Shown piece by piece: positions 15,761 through 25,208 of a stretch of 48,402 nt of DNA; within the stretch, counting starts at the first letter, position 1; the number at the start of each line of letters is the position of its first letter. The stretch is from Candidatus Saccharimonadota bacterium (GTDB taxonomy: Bacteria > Patescibacteriota > Saccharimonadia > Saccharimonadales > JACOTW01): assembly GCA_016178135.1 (NCBI GenBank), contig JACOTW010000003.1:66472-114873 (forward strand). The letters are read 5' to 3'. The translations under genes and the position numbers were made by a program. Under the pieces are notes generated by a model. It had not been told where the DNA came from, ran no database searches, and saw only the letters and a program-made list of their open reading frames with translations.

Positions 15761-16534
15761 CTATTTGGCTTTACGGATTAGGAAAAAGACGCTGGGACCG
15801 AAATAAGTTTTGGCCAGCATTGGTTGCATAATACGCTCGGCTGTTAACATTACGCTACTAGGTAATACTTTTTTGAGAGCTGGACTTCGTAAATTAGAAA
15901 CTGATAAAACTTTTTCTACCTTTAGGCCGGCGTGAGCAAGCTGTTTTATCACTGTTTTGGGGTTGTGGTTTACGAATGGAATATTTTCTTGTGTCTGATT
16001 TTTAGAAGAACGAATATCTACCGGTCGTTTCGGTAAGCGGCGACCTTTTAATAAGAGTTTTAAGCGATTACGACCATGTGCGTAGTTGGCAACTTCTAGA
16101 ATCAAGTAACCGTCATCTGTCATGATGCGAGCCAACTCGCCAAACTCTAGTATTGGATCAGGCAAATGATGCATTACGCGAACCATAGCCACCAGATCAA
16201 AAGATTTATCGGCAAACTTCAAACTATCAGCTTGGGTAAGTACTTGATCAATTTTAGGATGATCTTTTAGATAGTCTTTTGCAATGTCCAATTGCTGTTT
16301 TGAGGGCTCGGCTAGGGTTACTTTGTCAGCATAATCCTCTAGTAGCACACTCAATCGCCCATAACCTCCACCTATATCCACGGCATTTTCAAAATGCTTA
16401 CCATTTAATAATCGCTTAACGGCTATACGCTCCGAAGCATCCTCATAATCTCGGCCAATCCAATAATCTTTGTAAACAAATTGCGGAAAATTGTACTGAT
16501 CGGCCCTCTTTTTGCTGTTTGTAGGTTTTTTCAT
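15761..16534 (-). CDS. Class I SAM-dependent methyltransferase
   Basis: Motif I VDIGGGYGRL and post-I/II regions. Confidence 0.75.
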   Translation of the reverse strand: MKKPTNSKKRADQYNFPQFVYKDYWIGRDYEDASERIAVKRLLNGKHFENAVDIGGGYGRLSVLLEDYADKVTLAEPSKQQLDIAKDYLKDHPKIDQVLTQADSLKFADKSFDLVAMVRVMHHLPDPILEFGELARIMTDDGYLILEVANYAHGRNRLKLLLKGRRLPKRPVDIRSSKNQTQENIPFVNHNPKTVIKQLAHAGLKVEKVLSVSNLRSPALKKVLPSSVMLTAERIMQPMLAKTYFGPSVFFLIRKAK

Positions 16535-16598
16535 ACCGCGTTAGTATATAGGACATTCGCGTTTTTTCGTAGTTTTACTTTATGCTGGACCTATATGA

Positions 16599-17849
16599 TT
16601 ATTTAATAATGATGGCGAATGAATTTTTGCCACGCTTTAACAGATTATAGCCATCCAAAAATACTGGTGCTGTGCCCGGAACTATTTTGACACTGTTCAA
16701 GCTAAAGGCTTGTTGCGAATCCAGTCGTCGTGCCTCTGAAACAGAGCTTGCTAATCCGGCTTGAACGACTAAGTTATGAAATTGAAACGGCTCTTTATAG
16801 GTTATCGGCGCAAATTCTTTAATCAATAACTCAAAATCAGTTTTTTGAAGATTAAACTTAGCAGAACCAAACAGTACATTGCTGGCTCGTCTGACGGCAT
16901 CGGCCTTTTCTTTACCATGAACAAGCTTAGTAACTTCATAGGCAAGCGTCTTTTGAGCCAACCGCGTGGATTGATCGCGTTCAAAGTCAGTTATGACGGT
17001 AGCAACCGCCTCTTTGTTAAGCTCCGTAAAGACTTTTAGGTAGTCTCCCACACCAGCATCATCAACATTCAGCCAGAATTGATAAAATTTATAAACGCTC
17101 GTTTTATCAGGATCAAGCCAAATAGCGCCATCCTCACTTTTACCGAACTTCTTACCTGTTGCCTTATTTATAATGAGTGGCAGGGTAATTACGTTAACCT
17201 CTGCACCTCTAGTTTTGCGTATGAGTTCTACGCCTGATAAGCAATTTCCCCACTGATCAGAGCCGCCAAGCTGCAATGTGCAACCATATTTATCATAAAG
17301 CTGCAGGTAATCCATGCCCTGTAAAATGGTGTAGCTAAACTCAGCATAGCTGATGCCGCTACCGCCTTCCCCAAGACGTTTTGCTATGTAGTCCCGTTGT
17401 ACAAGCGGGGTCATGCTAAAGTGTTTGCCGATATCGCGCAAAAACTCGAGCACAGACATGTTTTTAGTCCAGTCAAGATTATTGACTAATGTAAACTCGT
17501 GGCCAGTAAAAATTCGTTTGAGTTGTTCTTCGGTTTTTGCGATGTTTTGAGCAATCGTTGTTTCGTCTTGCAAAAGACGCTCATTATCTTTTCCGCCTGG
17601 ATCGCCAATCAGACTTGTTGCTCCACCAGCAAGAATAACAGCCTTATGTCCGTGTCGCATAAACACCCGATCAAGCATCATAGCCGCTAGATTACCGATT
17701 GTTTGCGAATCGGCCGATGCGTCAAAGCCATGATAAAAGGTTAGTTTCTGCTCGTCTAGAACAAAGAGATTATCCAGTGTTGTTTGCTTGATGAAGCCAC
17801 GCCATTTTAGTTCTTCAGATAAAGTCATGGGAATCACATCCATAGTCAA
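16599..17849 (-). CDS. tyrS: Tyrosine--tRNA ligase (start could be Met8 at 17828)
   Basis: Class I aaRS HIGH-equivalent region, KFGKS (KMSKS-type) motif, C-terminal S4-like domain. Confidence 0.9.
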   Translation of the reverse strand: MTMDVIPMTLSEELKWRGFIKQTTLDNLFVLDEQKLTFYHGFDASADSQTIGNLAAMMLDRVFMRHGHKAVILAGGATSLIGDPGGKDNERLLQDETTIAQNIAKTEEQLKRIFTGHEFTLVNNLDWTKNMSVLEFLRDIGKHFSMTPLVQRDYIAKRLGEGGSGISYAEFSYTILQGMDYLQLYDKYGCTLQLGGSDQWGNCLSGVELIRKTRGAEVNVITLPLIINKATGKKFGKSEDGAIWLDPDKTSVYKFYQFWLNVDDAGVGDYLKVFTELNKEAVATVITDFERDQSTRLAQKTLAYEVTKLVHGKEKADAVRRASNVLFGSAKFNLQKTDFELLIKEFAPITYKEPFQFHNLVVQAGLASSVSEARRLDSQQAFSLNSVKIVPGTAPVFLDGYNLLKRGKNSFAIIIK

Positions 17850-17869
17850 GAGTATAACAAAATGATGAC

Positions 17870-17901
17870 ATTATAGGTACGAGTTTCGCACTTTTCCATT
17901 G
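17870..17901 (-). promoter_or_regulatory. Motif C plus TATAAT upstream of tyrS
   Basis: Minus strand: CAATGGAAAAGTGCGAAACTCGTACC-TATAAT. It matches copy 32049-32072 at 22 of 24 positions. Confidence 0.45.
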
Positions 17902-18002
17902 ATATCAGCCACGTGCAAACAGGTTTTCTTTTATTTCTCTTTCGGCCTGAAAGTTTTCGCAACCAGTTGCACCCTGTTGATAGTCTGTTATCGGTATCTA
18001 CT

Positions 18003-18027
18003 AAAAAGTGCGACAATCCTATATAAT
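18003..18027 (+). promoter_or_regulatory. Motif-C-like core plus TATAAT upstream of the PBP gene
   Basis: AAAAAGTGCGACAATCCTA-TATAAT. Confidence 0.4.
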
Positions 18028-18060
18028 AATGGTACTTACGAGGGAGAATTTTTATAATTG

Positions 18061-21000
18061 ATGAATAGTACCAAGAAAAATCCATCAGGTCGTCGCGGTA
18101 ACGTCGGACGAAAAAGCAAGAATACTTTTACTACCAAGAGTGGTAAAACCATAAGAATTCATCGTAATATTGGTGAACGCTTATTGGCCCGCCGGGCTAC
18201 TATAGCCGACCATAAGGCATTGCGACTTGCTGGATTGCCAAAATCTAGAATAAAGCGTTTTATCTACCGCCTGCATCCTAAGCGTCTTTATAAGTATTGG
18301 TTTAGTCGAGAAGGTGCCATAATGGCTCTCAAGATTGCCGGTATTGGTTTGATTGCCGGATTCATAATGCTCATAGGACTTTTCGCCTATTTTCGCAAAG
18401 ACCTGCCAAACCTTCGCGATATATCAGGAAAAAATATCGGCGGAAGCATCAGTTATTACGATCGTAGCGGTAAAACACTTTTATATGAAGATTATGATGC
18501 CGTAAAACGCATACCAGTCAAGGACGAAGAAATTTCAAAATTCATAAAAGATGCTACCGTGGCCATAGAGGACAAAGACTTCTTTCATCATGGTGGATTT
18601 GATGTTCGGGGAATTACGCGCGCCGGATTTAGCAATATTACTGGCAGTGGCAATACTCAAGGTGGTTCGACCATCACCCAACAGCTCGTGAAATTAACTC
18701 AAAACTGGACCAAGGACCGTAGTTATACTCGAAAAGCTAAGGAGTTAATTTTAGCGATTGAGCTAGAGAGAAGTTATTCCAAACAAGAAATCCTAGTAGG
18801 TTATTTAAACGCTGCTCCCTATGGCAGCATAGATTATGGCGTGGAAGCGGCATCTAGAGATTATTTCAATAAGCCCGCCAAAGATCTCACTCTGGACGAG
18901 GCCACGTTTTTGGCAGCTATACCAAAATCCCCAGGATTTTATTCGCCCTATAATACAGACTTCGTTTCGAGCGGCGGCAAAGATGCGCTTGTAGGGCGTC
19001 AACACTACATACTGGATCTCATGGAACAACAAGGTAAGATCACCAAAAAAGAGCGCGACAATGCCAAAAAAATTGATACCGTAGCGACTGTCAAGCCGCG
19101 CAAACCAAAATATGCCGGGATTAAAGCTCCGTATTTTGTCTTGACGGCCAAAGAAGAATTGCAAGATCGTCTAGGGGCCAAGAGTGTCAAGGTAGGGGGA
19201 TGGAAGATTATTACTACGCTTGATCTAGACAAGCAGACTATAGCCGAGCAGCAAGTTGCCAAAGGCTTAACCCAAGTCAAGCGTCAAGGTGGCGACATAG
19301 CCACTTTTGTGGCCGAAGATGTAAAAACTGGACAAGTAGTTGCCCTGGTGGGCGGACCGGATTTTACCAACCAAGAATATGGGGAAAATAATTATGCCCG
19401 CGATTATCAATTGCCACCCGGATCAAGCTTTAAGCCATATGATTACATATCACTCATGGAGAACACTACTAACTTTGGTGCTGGTTCAGTCCTTTATGAT
19501 ACACAAGGAGCAGTCGATGGCTACCCTTGTACCAACAAAGCACTTCCCGAAAAAGGCGGAAATTGTATCTGGAATTATGATCGACGTTTTATTGGACCGG
19601 TAACTCTGCGCTATGCGATTGGTGGTTCACGCAATATTCCAGCCGTAAAAGCCATGGTTACGGCTGGCATTAACCCGACAATAGGTATCGCTCATAAGCT
19701 TATGACTACCTATAAAGATGGCCAACCGACAGATAGGGGCAGGTATCGATGCTATAAAGATGGCGTAGATATTAATCGGGCAACTGTGGCTGATGAACAA
19801 CAGTGTTATTCTTCTTCGGCAATTGGTGATGGCGCTTATTTACGTCTTGATGAACATGTCCACGGTTATTCTACAATAGCGCGGAACGGTTTAAATATAC
19901 CTCAAACCTACATCCTAAAAATTCAAGATGCGTCTGGTAAAACGATTGACGAATGGAAACCAAGCAAAGGCAATCAAGCTGTTCGTCCAGATTCTGCCTA
20001 CATAGTCGGCGATATGATATCCGATCCTAACGCTAGTTACTTTCCGCCAGGCAACAAACCACAACGTTACAACACCAGTTTGGGTACATGGAAATTCGGC
20101 GTAAAAACTGGCACCACCAACGATTCTAAAGATGGTTGGATGATGGGCTTTTCAACTCAGTACGCCGCCGGTGTTTGGGTAGGCTATCACAATCGTCAGC
20201 GAGCCATGACTGGCTCTATGGAAAATATGACTCTGCCCATCTGGCAAGGCTGGATGCGAGCAGTGCATGCCAATATCAAGCCCGAGGAACGGGCTAAACC
20301 ATCTGGTGTGCAAACCTTGCCAGCATTTATAATCCGCAGTCATGTGGGATTCGGATCCATTGAGCCTAGCCCCAGTACCGACCTATATCCTTCGTGGTAC
20401 TCACAAAAGAAAGTAACTGGCAAAAAACAGACTATCGACATAGTTTCCGATAAACTAGCAACCGATTGTACTCCAGCACGAGCCAAAAAAGAAGTTACCG
20501 ATACTGATGCCAGTAGCTTTTCTGGCGATCGTTTCGCGCAGAACACGGCAAACACCAATCAGACAGATGACATACATAAATGCGAAGATACCAAGCCATC
20601 ACTTTCCAATCTAGTGCTTAATGCTGACGGCAGTATAAGCGTTACTGTATCTCAAGGAACGCATCCAATTAGTAGCGATAAATACAAGGGCACCGTTAAC
20701 TTCATTGTCAACGGGCAGGTTATACAATCGTTTAACGTTACTTACGATCAACAGATTGTTACTCTGCCCGCCGGTACTGCTCCGGCCGGATCCAGTGTCT
20801 CGGCAGAAGTAATAGACAGCGTACTTTATGACGGTCAAAGCCCTAACTCCGTAACAGTAGCCGCGGCGACCGCGTCCCCTTTAGTTCTAAGCGCCACAAG
20901 AAGTGGCGCTGAAGTCACGTTCACATGGACAGGATCGTCTGTATCGGTTACGGTATATAAAGGATCAGGTACCGTGGTTTGTAATGGAACAGCTTCCGGG

Positions 21001-21087
21001 TGTTCCTCATTCATCGTACCGACAGGAACATCTGTTTATGCCAAAGACAGTACAGGAAAAACCTCCGACCCTATAACAGCTCCGTAG
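18061..21087 (+). CDS. Class A penicillin-binding protein (transglycosylase/transpeptidase) with C-terminal Ig-like extension
   Basis: GT51 motifs EDKDFFHHGG and GGSTITQQL. Transpeptidase motifs SSFKP and KTGTT. N-terminal TM helix. Confidence 0.9.
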   Translation: MNSTKKNPSGRRGNVGRKSKNTFTTKSGKTIRIHRNIGERLLARRATIADHKALRLAGLPKSRIKRFIYRLHPKRLYKYWFSREGAIMALKIAGIGLIAGFIMLIGLFAYFRKDLPNLRDISGKNIGGSISYYDRSGKTLLYEDYDAVKRIPVKDEEISKFIKDATVAIEDKDFFHHGGFDVRGITRAGFSNITGSGNTQGGSTITQQLVKLTQNWTKDRSYTRKAKELILAIELERSYSKQEILVGYLNAAPYGSIDYGVEAASRDYFNKPAKDLTLDEATFLAAIPKSPGFYSPYNTDFVSSGGKDALVGRQHYILDLMEQQGKITKKERDNAKKIDTVATVKPRKPKYAGIKAPYFVLTAKEELQDRLGAKSVKVGGWKIITTLDLDKQTIAEQQVAKGLTQVKRQGGDIATFVAEDVKTGQVVALVGGPDFTNQEYGENNYARDYQLPPGSSFKPYDYISLMENTTNFGAGSVLYDTQGAVDGYPCTNKALPEKGGNCIWNYDRRFIGPVTLRYAIGGSRNIPAVKAMVTAGINPTIGIAHKLMTTYKDGQPTDRGRYRCYKDGVDINRATVADEQQCYSSSAIGDGAYLRLDEHVHGYSTIARNGLNIPQTYILKIQDASGKTIDEWKPSKGNQAVRPDSAYIVGDMISDPNASYFPPGNKPQRYNTSLGTWKFGVKTGTTNDSKDGWMMGFSTQYAAGVWVGYHNRQRAMTGSMENMTLPIWQGWMRAVHANIKPEERAKPSGVQTLPAFIIRSHVGFGSIEPSPSTDLYPSWYSQKKVTGKKQTIDIVSDKLATDCTPARAKKEVTDTDASSFSGDRFAQNTANTNQTDDIHKCEDTKPSLSNLVLNADGSISVTVSQGTHPISSDKYKGTVNFIVNGQVIQSFNVTYDQQIVTLPAGTAPAGSSVSAEVIDSVLYDGQSPNSVTVAAATASPLVLSATRSGAEVTFTWTGSSVSVTVYKGSGTVVCNGTASGCSSFIVPTGTSVYAKDSTGKTSDPITAP

Positions 21088-21097
21088 TGTAGTTTTC

Positions 21098-21146
21098 ATA
21101 GGTCCAGTATAGTTACATCGAGAGATAAAAAACTGTTTGTAGCTGG
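21098..21146 (-). repeat. Family-B fragment (TIR end plus internal segment)
   Basis: ATAGGTCCAG then TTACATCGAGAGATAAAAAACTGTTTGTAGCTGG, similar to 25165-25200 and to the reverse complement of 6715-6750. Confidence 0.6.
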
Positions 21147-21188
21147 TTTTGCTATCGCCAATCTAAAAAATCCTATAAAATACTTACA

Positions 21189-23948
21189 ATGAATAAAAAA
21201 GTCCGGAGGCTGTATAAACAATTCCAGCCCAGCCATTATGTGTTGGATTTAATACCTGACCCCGAAAATATGGTATTTAGCGGGTCAGTTACGGTTAGTG
21301 GTCAAAAAACCGGTCGGCCCAGTCAGCGCCTAACCTTTCATCAAAACGGACTAAAGATTACCCGCGCTCATATAACAAGACATGACAAAAAAGGCGACTA
21401 TGAACTGGATATTGACCGCATCAATAACCATAACAGCTTCAATGAAGTTCGTATTCATACCAAAGCAATGGCGTATCCAGGTAAATACACGGTACGGCTT
21501 GAGTTTGAGGGTAAAATCACGCGTTCGATGAACGGCATATACCCCTGTTATTTTGAGTACAAGGGCAAGAAAAAACAGCTCATAGCCACTCAATTTGAAA
21601 GTCATCATGCGCGCGAAGCTTTTCCGTGTATCGATGAGCCCGAAGCCAAAGCCACCTTTCAACTATCTTTAACGCATACAGCGAGCGAAACGGTTTTATC
21701 TAATACCCCCATAAAACAATCAAAAGTCATAAAGTTGAAAGTAAAAAGTCGAACAATCACAAAACATTCAACCACTTTTGAGACTACTCCGCGCATGTCA
21801 ACCTATCTGTTAGCCTTCGTAATTGGTAGTCTGGATTTCAGAGAAAGTAAAGCCAACAATGGCGCAATTGTACGAGCTTATGCTACACCTAACAACGTTC
21901 AGTTTACCAATTTCGCGTTAGATGTCGCGGTAAAATGCCTGGATTTTTTTAATGACTACTTTGGCATTGAATATCCTTTAGAAAAATGTGATCTAATTGC
22001 CCTGCCAGATTTTGCCAGTGGCGCCATGGAAAACTGGGGTTGTATCACATTTCGCGAACAGACACTCTTGGTTGATCCAAAAAATTCAACGCTTGGCAAT
22101 AAACAATATGTGGCCATGGTAATCGCCCACGAACTAGCCCACCAGTGGTTTGGCAACCTTGTAACCATGCGTTGGTGGACCGATCTTTGGCTTAATGAAG
22201 GTTTTGCCAGTTGGATTGAATATTTGGCGGTCGATCATCTTTTTCCTGAATGGAAAATGTGGATTCAATTTATTGTGGACGAACAGCAGCAGGCACTCAA
22301 ACTTGATGCGCTGGAAAATACTCACCCAGTCGAAGTACCAGTTAATCATCCAGACGAAATTCGTACAATTTTTGACACTATTAGCTATAGCAAAGGAGCC
22401 AGCGTTATTCACATGCTGCATCAATTCTTGGGCCCAGAGGTTTTTCGGGATGGGCTGCGCCACTACCTGGTCACGCACGCCTATGGCAATACCGATACCG
22501 TTGACCTTTGGACGGCACTGGAAAAAGTATCCCATAAGCCAGTAAAAGAATTTATGCAAGCATGGACGTCTACTCCTGGTTTTCCACTCATTCACGCCGA
22601 TTTTAAAAACAATAGCACCATGCACGTAGAGCAAGAGCGTTTCATACTAAATCCCGCTCATAGTCCAGTACCAGAAAGCTTATGGCCAGCGGCATTATTA
22701 CCAGATAAACTACTTACAACCAAAGATGCAACCTACCAAATTGATGTCGCCAAACTGGACCTCCGCACAACCCCTAGTTTTCAACTTGAATCAGCTCGAG
22801 CGAAAATTGTTTTATCTGAAGGAGAGGTAGACTTAGCTACATCGACAGAAGATAAGCTGTTTGTACCCGAGACTATTCAATCTGGTAATGAGCGAGTTTT
22901 GCGTGAGCCTAGTAAGCTCAATCACGAACAAGGTGGTTTCTACAGAACTATCTATAACACATCGCACCTAGAATATCTGGGCAAACAAATTCTTAGGGGC
23001 AAACTATCACCACAAGACAGATTGGGTTTGTTAAGTGACGTTTTTGAGACCGCCAAGGCGGGTAAGTCCAGCACAGCTGTAGCGCTAAAATTCCTGACTA
23101 ACTTTCAATACGAAGACAATTATGCCGTCTGGGACGTTATGGCCGGAGCTTTAGGCAATATTAGACTGATTATGGACGATTCTAATCTGCGGGAGGATAT
23201 GAAGCCGTTTATTCGCAAGCTTATTTCCTTAGAACTTAAACGTGTTGGTTGGGATCGTCAGCCACACGAATCGTACTTTGATCGCATGCTAAGGCCGACT
23301 ATTTTGAGTCTGGCATCGGCTGCCGATGAGGATAGTATTATCAAACGCTGCCAAAAATTATTCGCATCTATCGACTATACAGAAGATAGTACTTCCGGCC
23401 TCAAGACGACGGCTAGACAGAAAGTTGCTATTGATCCGGACTTGCGTGGAATAGTCTTTGGTACAGTTGCCAGGCTGGGCGGCAAAATTGAGTTTAATAA
23501 ACTTCTAATGATATATAAAGCCTCGACGCTAAGCGAGGAACGCACAATACTTGCCGCGGCTCTAACTAGTTTCAAACAACCTGAAATTATCAAACAAGCC
23601 CTTGCTAAAATTGACTCAAACGATGTGCGCCTACAAGATGTTTCATACTGGATAGCCTATAGTTTGCTCAATCACCATGCCCGCAAAATAACTTGGCAAT
23701 GGCTAAAAGACAACTGGTCATGGCTAGAGGAAAATATAGGCACCGATCTTAGCTTTTCGCGCCTGCCTATTTACGTAGCTCGAGTTTTTAGCGATGAAGC
23801 TTTTATTGATAATTATAAAGAGTTCTTCGAACAAAGACTCACACCGGTAATTGAGCGCAGTTACAAACAAGGTCTGGAAATGCTTGAATGGCAAGCCGCC
23901 TGGAAAAAACGCGACCTCAAAGAAATTAAAGCCTTTTTCGATCACTAA
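21189..23948 (+). CDS. pepN: Aminopeptidase N (M1 family)
   Basis: GAMENWG exopeptidase motif, HELAHQWFGNLVT...WLNEGFA zinc site, C-terminal ERAP1-like domain. Confidence 0.92.
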   Translation: MNKKVRRLYKQFQPSHYVLDLIPDPENMVFSGSVTVSGQKTGRPSQRLTFHQNGLKITRAHITRHDKKGDYELDIDRINNHNSFNEVRIHTKAMAYPGKYTVRLEFEGKITRSMNGIYPCYFEYKGKKKQLIATQFESHHAREAFPCIDEPEAKATFQLSLTHTASETVLSNTPIKQSKVIKLKVKSRTITKHSTTFETTPRMSTYLLAFVIGSLDFRESKANNGAIVRAYATPNNVQFTNFALDVAVKCLDFFNDYFGIEYPLEKCDLIALPDFASGAMENWGCITFREQTLLVDPKNSTLGNKQYVAMVIAHELAHQWFGNLVTMRWWTDLWLNEGFASWIEYLAVDHLFPEWKMWIQFIVDEQQQALKLDALENTHPVEVPVNHPDEIRTIFDTISYSKGASVIHMLHQFLGPEVFRDGLRHYLVTHAYGNTDTVDLWTALEKVSHKPVKEFMQAWTSTPGFPLIHADFKNNSTMHVEQERFILNPAHSPVPESLWPAALLPDKLLTTKDATYQIDVAKLDLRTTPSFQLESARAKIVLSEGEVDLATSTEDKLFVPETIQSGNERVLREPSKLNHEQGGFYRTIYNTSHLEYLGKQILRGKLSPQDRLGLLSDVFETAKAGKSSTAVALKFLTNFQYEDNYAVWDVMAGALGNIRLIMDDSNLREDMKPFIRKLISLELKRVGWDRQPHESYFDRMLRPTILSLASAADEDSIIKRCQKLFASIDYTEDSTSGLKTTARQKVAIDPDLRGIVFGTVARLGGKIEFNKLLMIYKASTLSEERTILAAALTSFKQPEIIKQALAKIDSNDVRLQDVSYWIAYSLLNHHARKITWQWLKDNWSWLEENIGTDLSFSRLPIYVARVFSDEAFIDNYKEFFEQRLTPVIERSYKQGLEMLEWQAAWKKRDLKEIKAFFDH
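22755..22912 (-). mobile_element. Family-B element embedded in frame in pepN (codons about 523-575)
   Basis: Its right 101 nt (22812-22912) match the reverse complement of 6672-6769 at about 78%; the left ~57 nt match other family-B right ends more loosely. Both degenerate ends are present (CTGGACCT... / ...GAGCCTAG). Confidence 0.8.
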
Positions 23949-24280
23949 ATATTATCTACAAAGGTAATTGTTTGATTGTCAATGGCGAGCGCTGCCATCT
24001 GGTAATCTTTTTCCCAATTATTACTGCTGACCCATAGATCAGCGGCAAAACGCATCTTTTTAAGCTTGGATTTTGTTATATATTCAAGCCCTGTACCTTG
24101 AGAATTATTTTTACGATATTTGACTTCGACGAAATAAATTATATTGTCTTTTTCGGCTACTATATCAATCTCACAAAAACGCGTTCTCCAATTTAATTCT
24201 CGGATTTTGAAATTACGTTTTTTGAGATATTCAGCGGCCGTTTTCTCGGCATCATGACCCGTCTGATAATTGGTTATCAC
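23945..24280 (-). CDS. yraN: YraN-family (UPF0102) endonuclease-like protein
   Basis: GHDAE..A..YL, CEIDIVA and FVEVKYR motifs. Confidence 0.8.
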   Translation of the reverse strand: MITNYQTGHDAEKTAAEYLKKRNFKIRELNWRTRFCEIDIVAEKDNIIYFVEVKYRKNNSQGTGLEYITKSKLKKMRFAADLWVSSNNWEKDYQMAALAIDNQTITFVDNI

Positions 24281-24840
24281 AAAAATGCTCTTACGGGCTT
24301 ATAGCTTTTTCGATGTATCCGACTCACACCGTGAGTTTTTAGAGTTATTCTGTGTAGCTCCGTACCATAACCAACATGACTTTCAAAGCCATAGAATGGG
24401 TAGAATATTGCCACCCTGGCCATGTGGGCGTCACGCTTTACTTTGGCATAAATACTGGCGGCGCTAACAACATCATAAGTACTATCCGCTCTAACAACAG
24501 CTCGTGCCGCATTGAATTCTTTTGGGCAATAATTAGTGGGGCCATCCAAGATAATTTCGTCATTAAATGACGCGCCGAGAGCGATCAGCGCCCGACTGAC
24601 CCCGATCCGCATTGCTTCAGCCAGCCCAACCTTATCTATTTCTTCTGGCTGCACCCAGCCCTCACCCAATTCACATGTTTCAACTATCGACTCAATCAGG
24701 CCTTCACGGACTTTTTTTGATAAAACTTTGGAATCAGCTAAGCCAACTGGTAATACTCTCTTAGCCCTAGCGGCAACAACCAGCAAGGGGCCGGCCCAAC
24801 AGCCTCTACCCACCTCGTCAATTCCTATCAAACTACCCAT
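24277..24840 (-). CDS. rnhB: Ribonuclease HII
   Basis: GIDEVGRGCWAGPL, DSK and ASI.AKV motifs. ATGA overlap with yraN. Confidence 0.9.
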   Translation of the reverse strand: MGSLIGIDEVGRGCWAGPLLVVAARAKRVLPVGLADSKVLSKKVREGLIESIVETCELGEGWVQPEEIDKVGLAEAMRIGVSRALIALGASFNDEIILDGPTNYCPKEFNAARAVVRADSTYDVVSAASIYAKVKRDAHMARVAIFYPFYGFESHVGYGTELHRITLKTHGVSRIHRKSYKPVRAFL

Positions 24841-24846
24841 ATATTT

Positions 24847-24866
24847 ATTTTAACACGATTTCATAC
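24847..24866 (-). promoter_or_regulatory. Motif-C-like core plus TAAAAT, 6 nt before the rnhB ATG
   Basis: Minus strand: GTATGAAATCGTGT-TAAAAT-aaatat-ATG. Confidence 0.35.
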
Positions 24867-24929
24867 CTATTGGATTCACGCTAAATCACTCACCCCCAGA
24901 CCAAATCAGCTTGAGCAAAAAGAATTTCA

Positions 24930-24987
24930 CTGGACCTGTCGCAAAATCGTCCGTTCCCAGAGTGAATTATCTCGAGCGAAAACTGTT
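24930..24987 (+). repeat. Family-B end, variant 2; left arm of a 58-bp perfect inverted repeat
   Basis: CTGGACCTGTCGCAAAATCGTCCGTTCCCAGAGTGAATTATCTCGAGCGAAAACTGTT is the exact reverse complement of 26246-26303. Confidence 0.95.
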
Positions 24988-24988
24988 C

Positions 24989-25155
24989 TATAGTCCCCGC
25001 AAAACAAATTCGTGGGTTTTTGAAGCAATGATCTTTGAGTCAAAAACTGACTTTTCCGAGAGAGACATATCCTTAGATACGTTGAACGAGGAAAGGCAGT
25101 TTTGGGCCAAAGAGGGTGATTCGAAAAGTCGGGAATTTGTTTTGCGGGGGCTATA
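24989..25155 (-). repeat. Family-A repeat copy 5 (A1), complete, 167 bp
   Basis: Both TIRs are present. It differs at 3 of 167 positions from copy 32195-32361. Confidence 0.95.
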
Positions 25156-25208
25156 TCTGAAGGATAGGTACATCGAGAGAAGAAAAACTGTTTGTAGCCG
25201 GATTGGAG
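25156..25208 (-). repeat. Family-B internal fragment adjoining family-A copy 5
   Basis: The reverse complement reads ..CGGCTACAAACAGTTTTTCTTCTCTCGATGTACCTATCCTTCAGA. It joins family A at the same point as at 6769/6770. Confidence 0.75.

Noticed and set aside
17850-17905. T-box or other riboswitch leaders upstream of tyrS (and of hisS at 32362-32409).
   Set aside because: The leaders would be under 50 nt, far too short for a T-box. No specifier or T-box sequence is seen. The hisS upstream region is occupied by family-A copy 6.
17846-18085. The 79-aa ORF on the minus strand spanning the tyrS/PBP divergent spacer.
   Set aside because: It covers two promoter modules and overlaps both neighbouring start codons. 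Its composition is low-complexity and it has no motif.
23943-23948. The convergent pepN and yraN stop codons overlap (TAA 23946-23948, complement TAG 23945-23947) with no terminator between them.
   Set aside because: The observation is real but unremarkable. It reflects genome compaction rather than a distinct feature.
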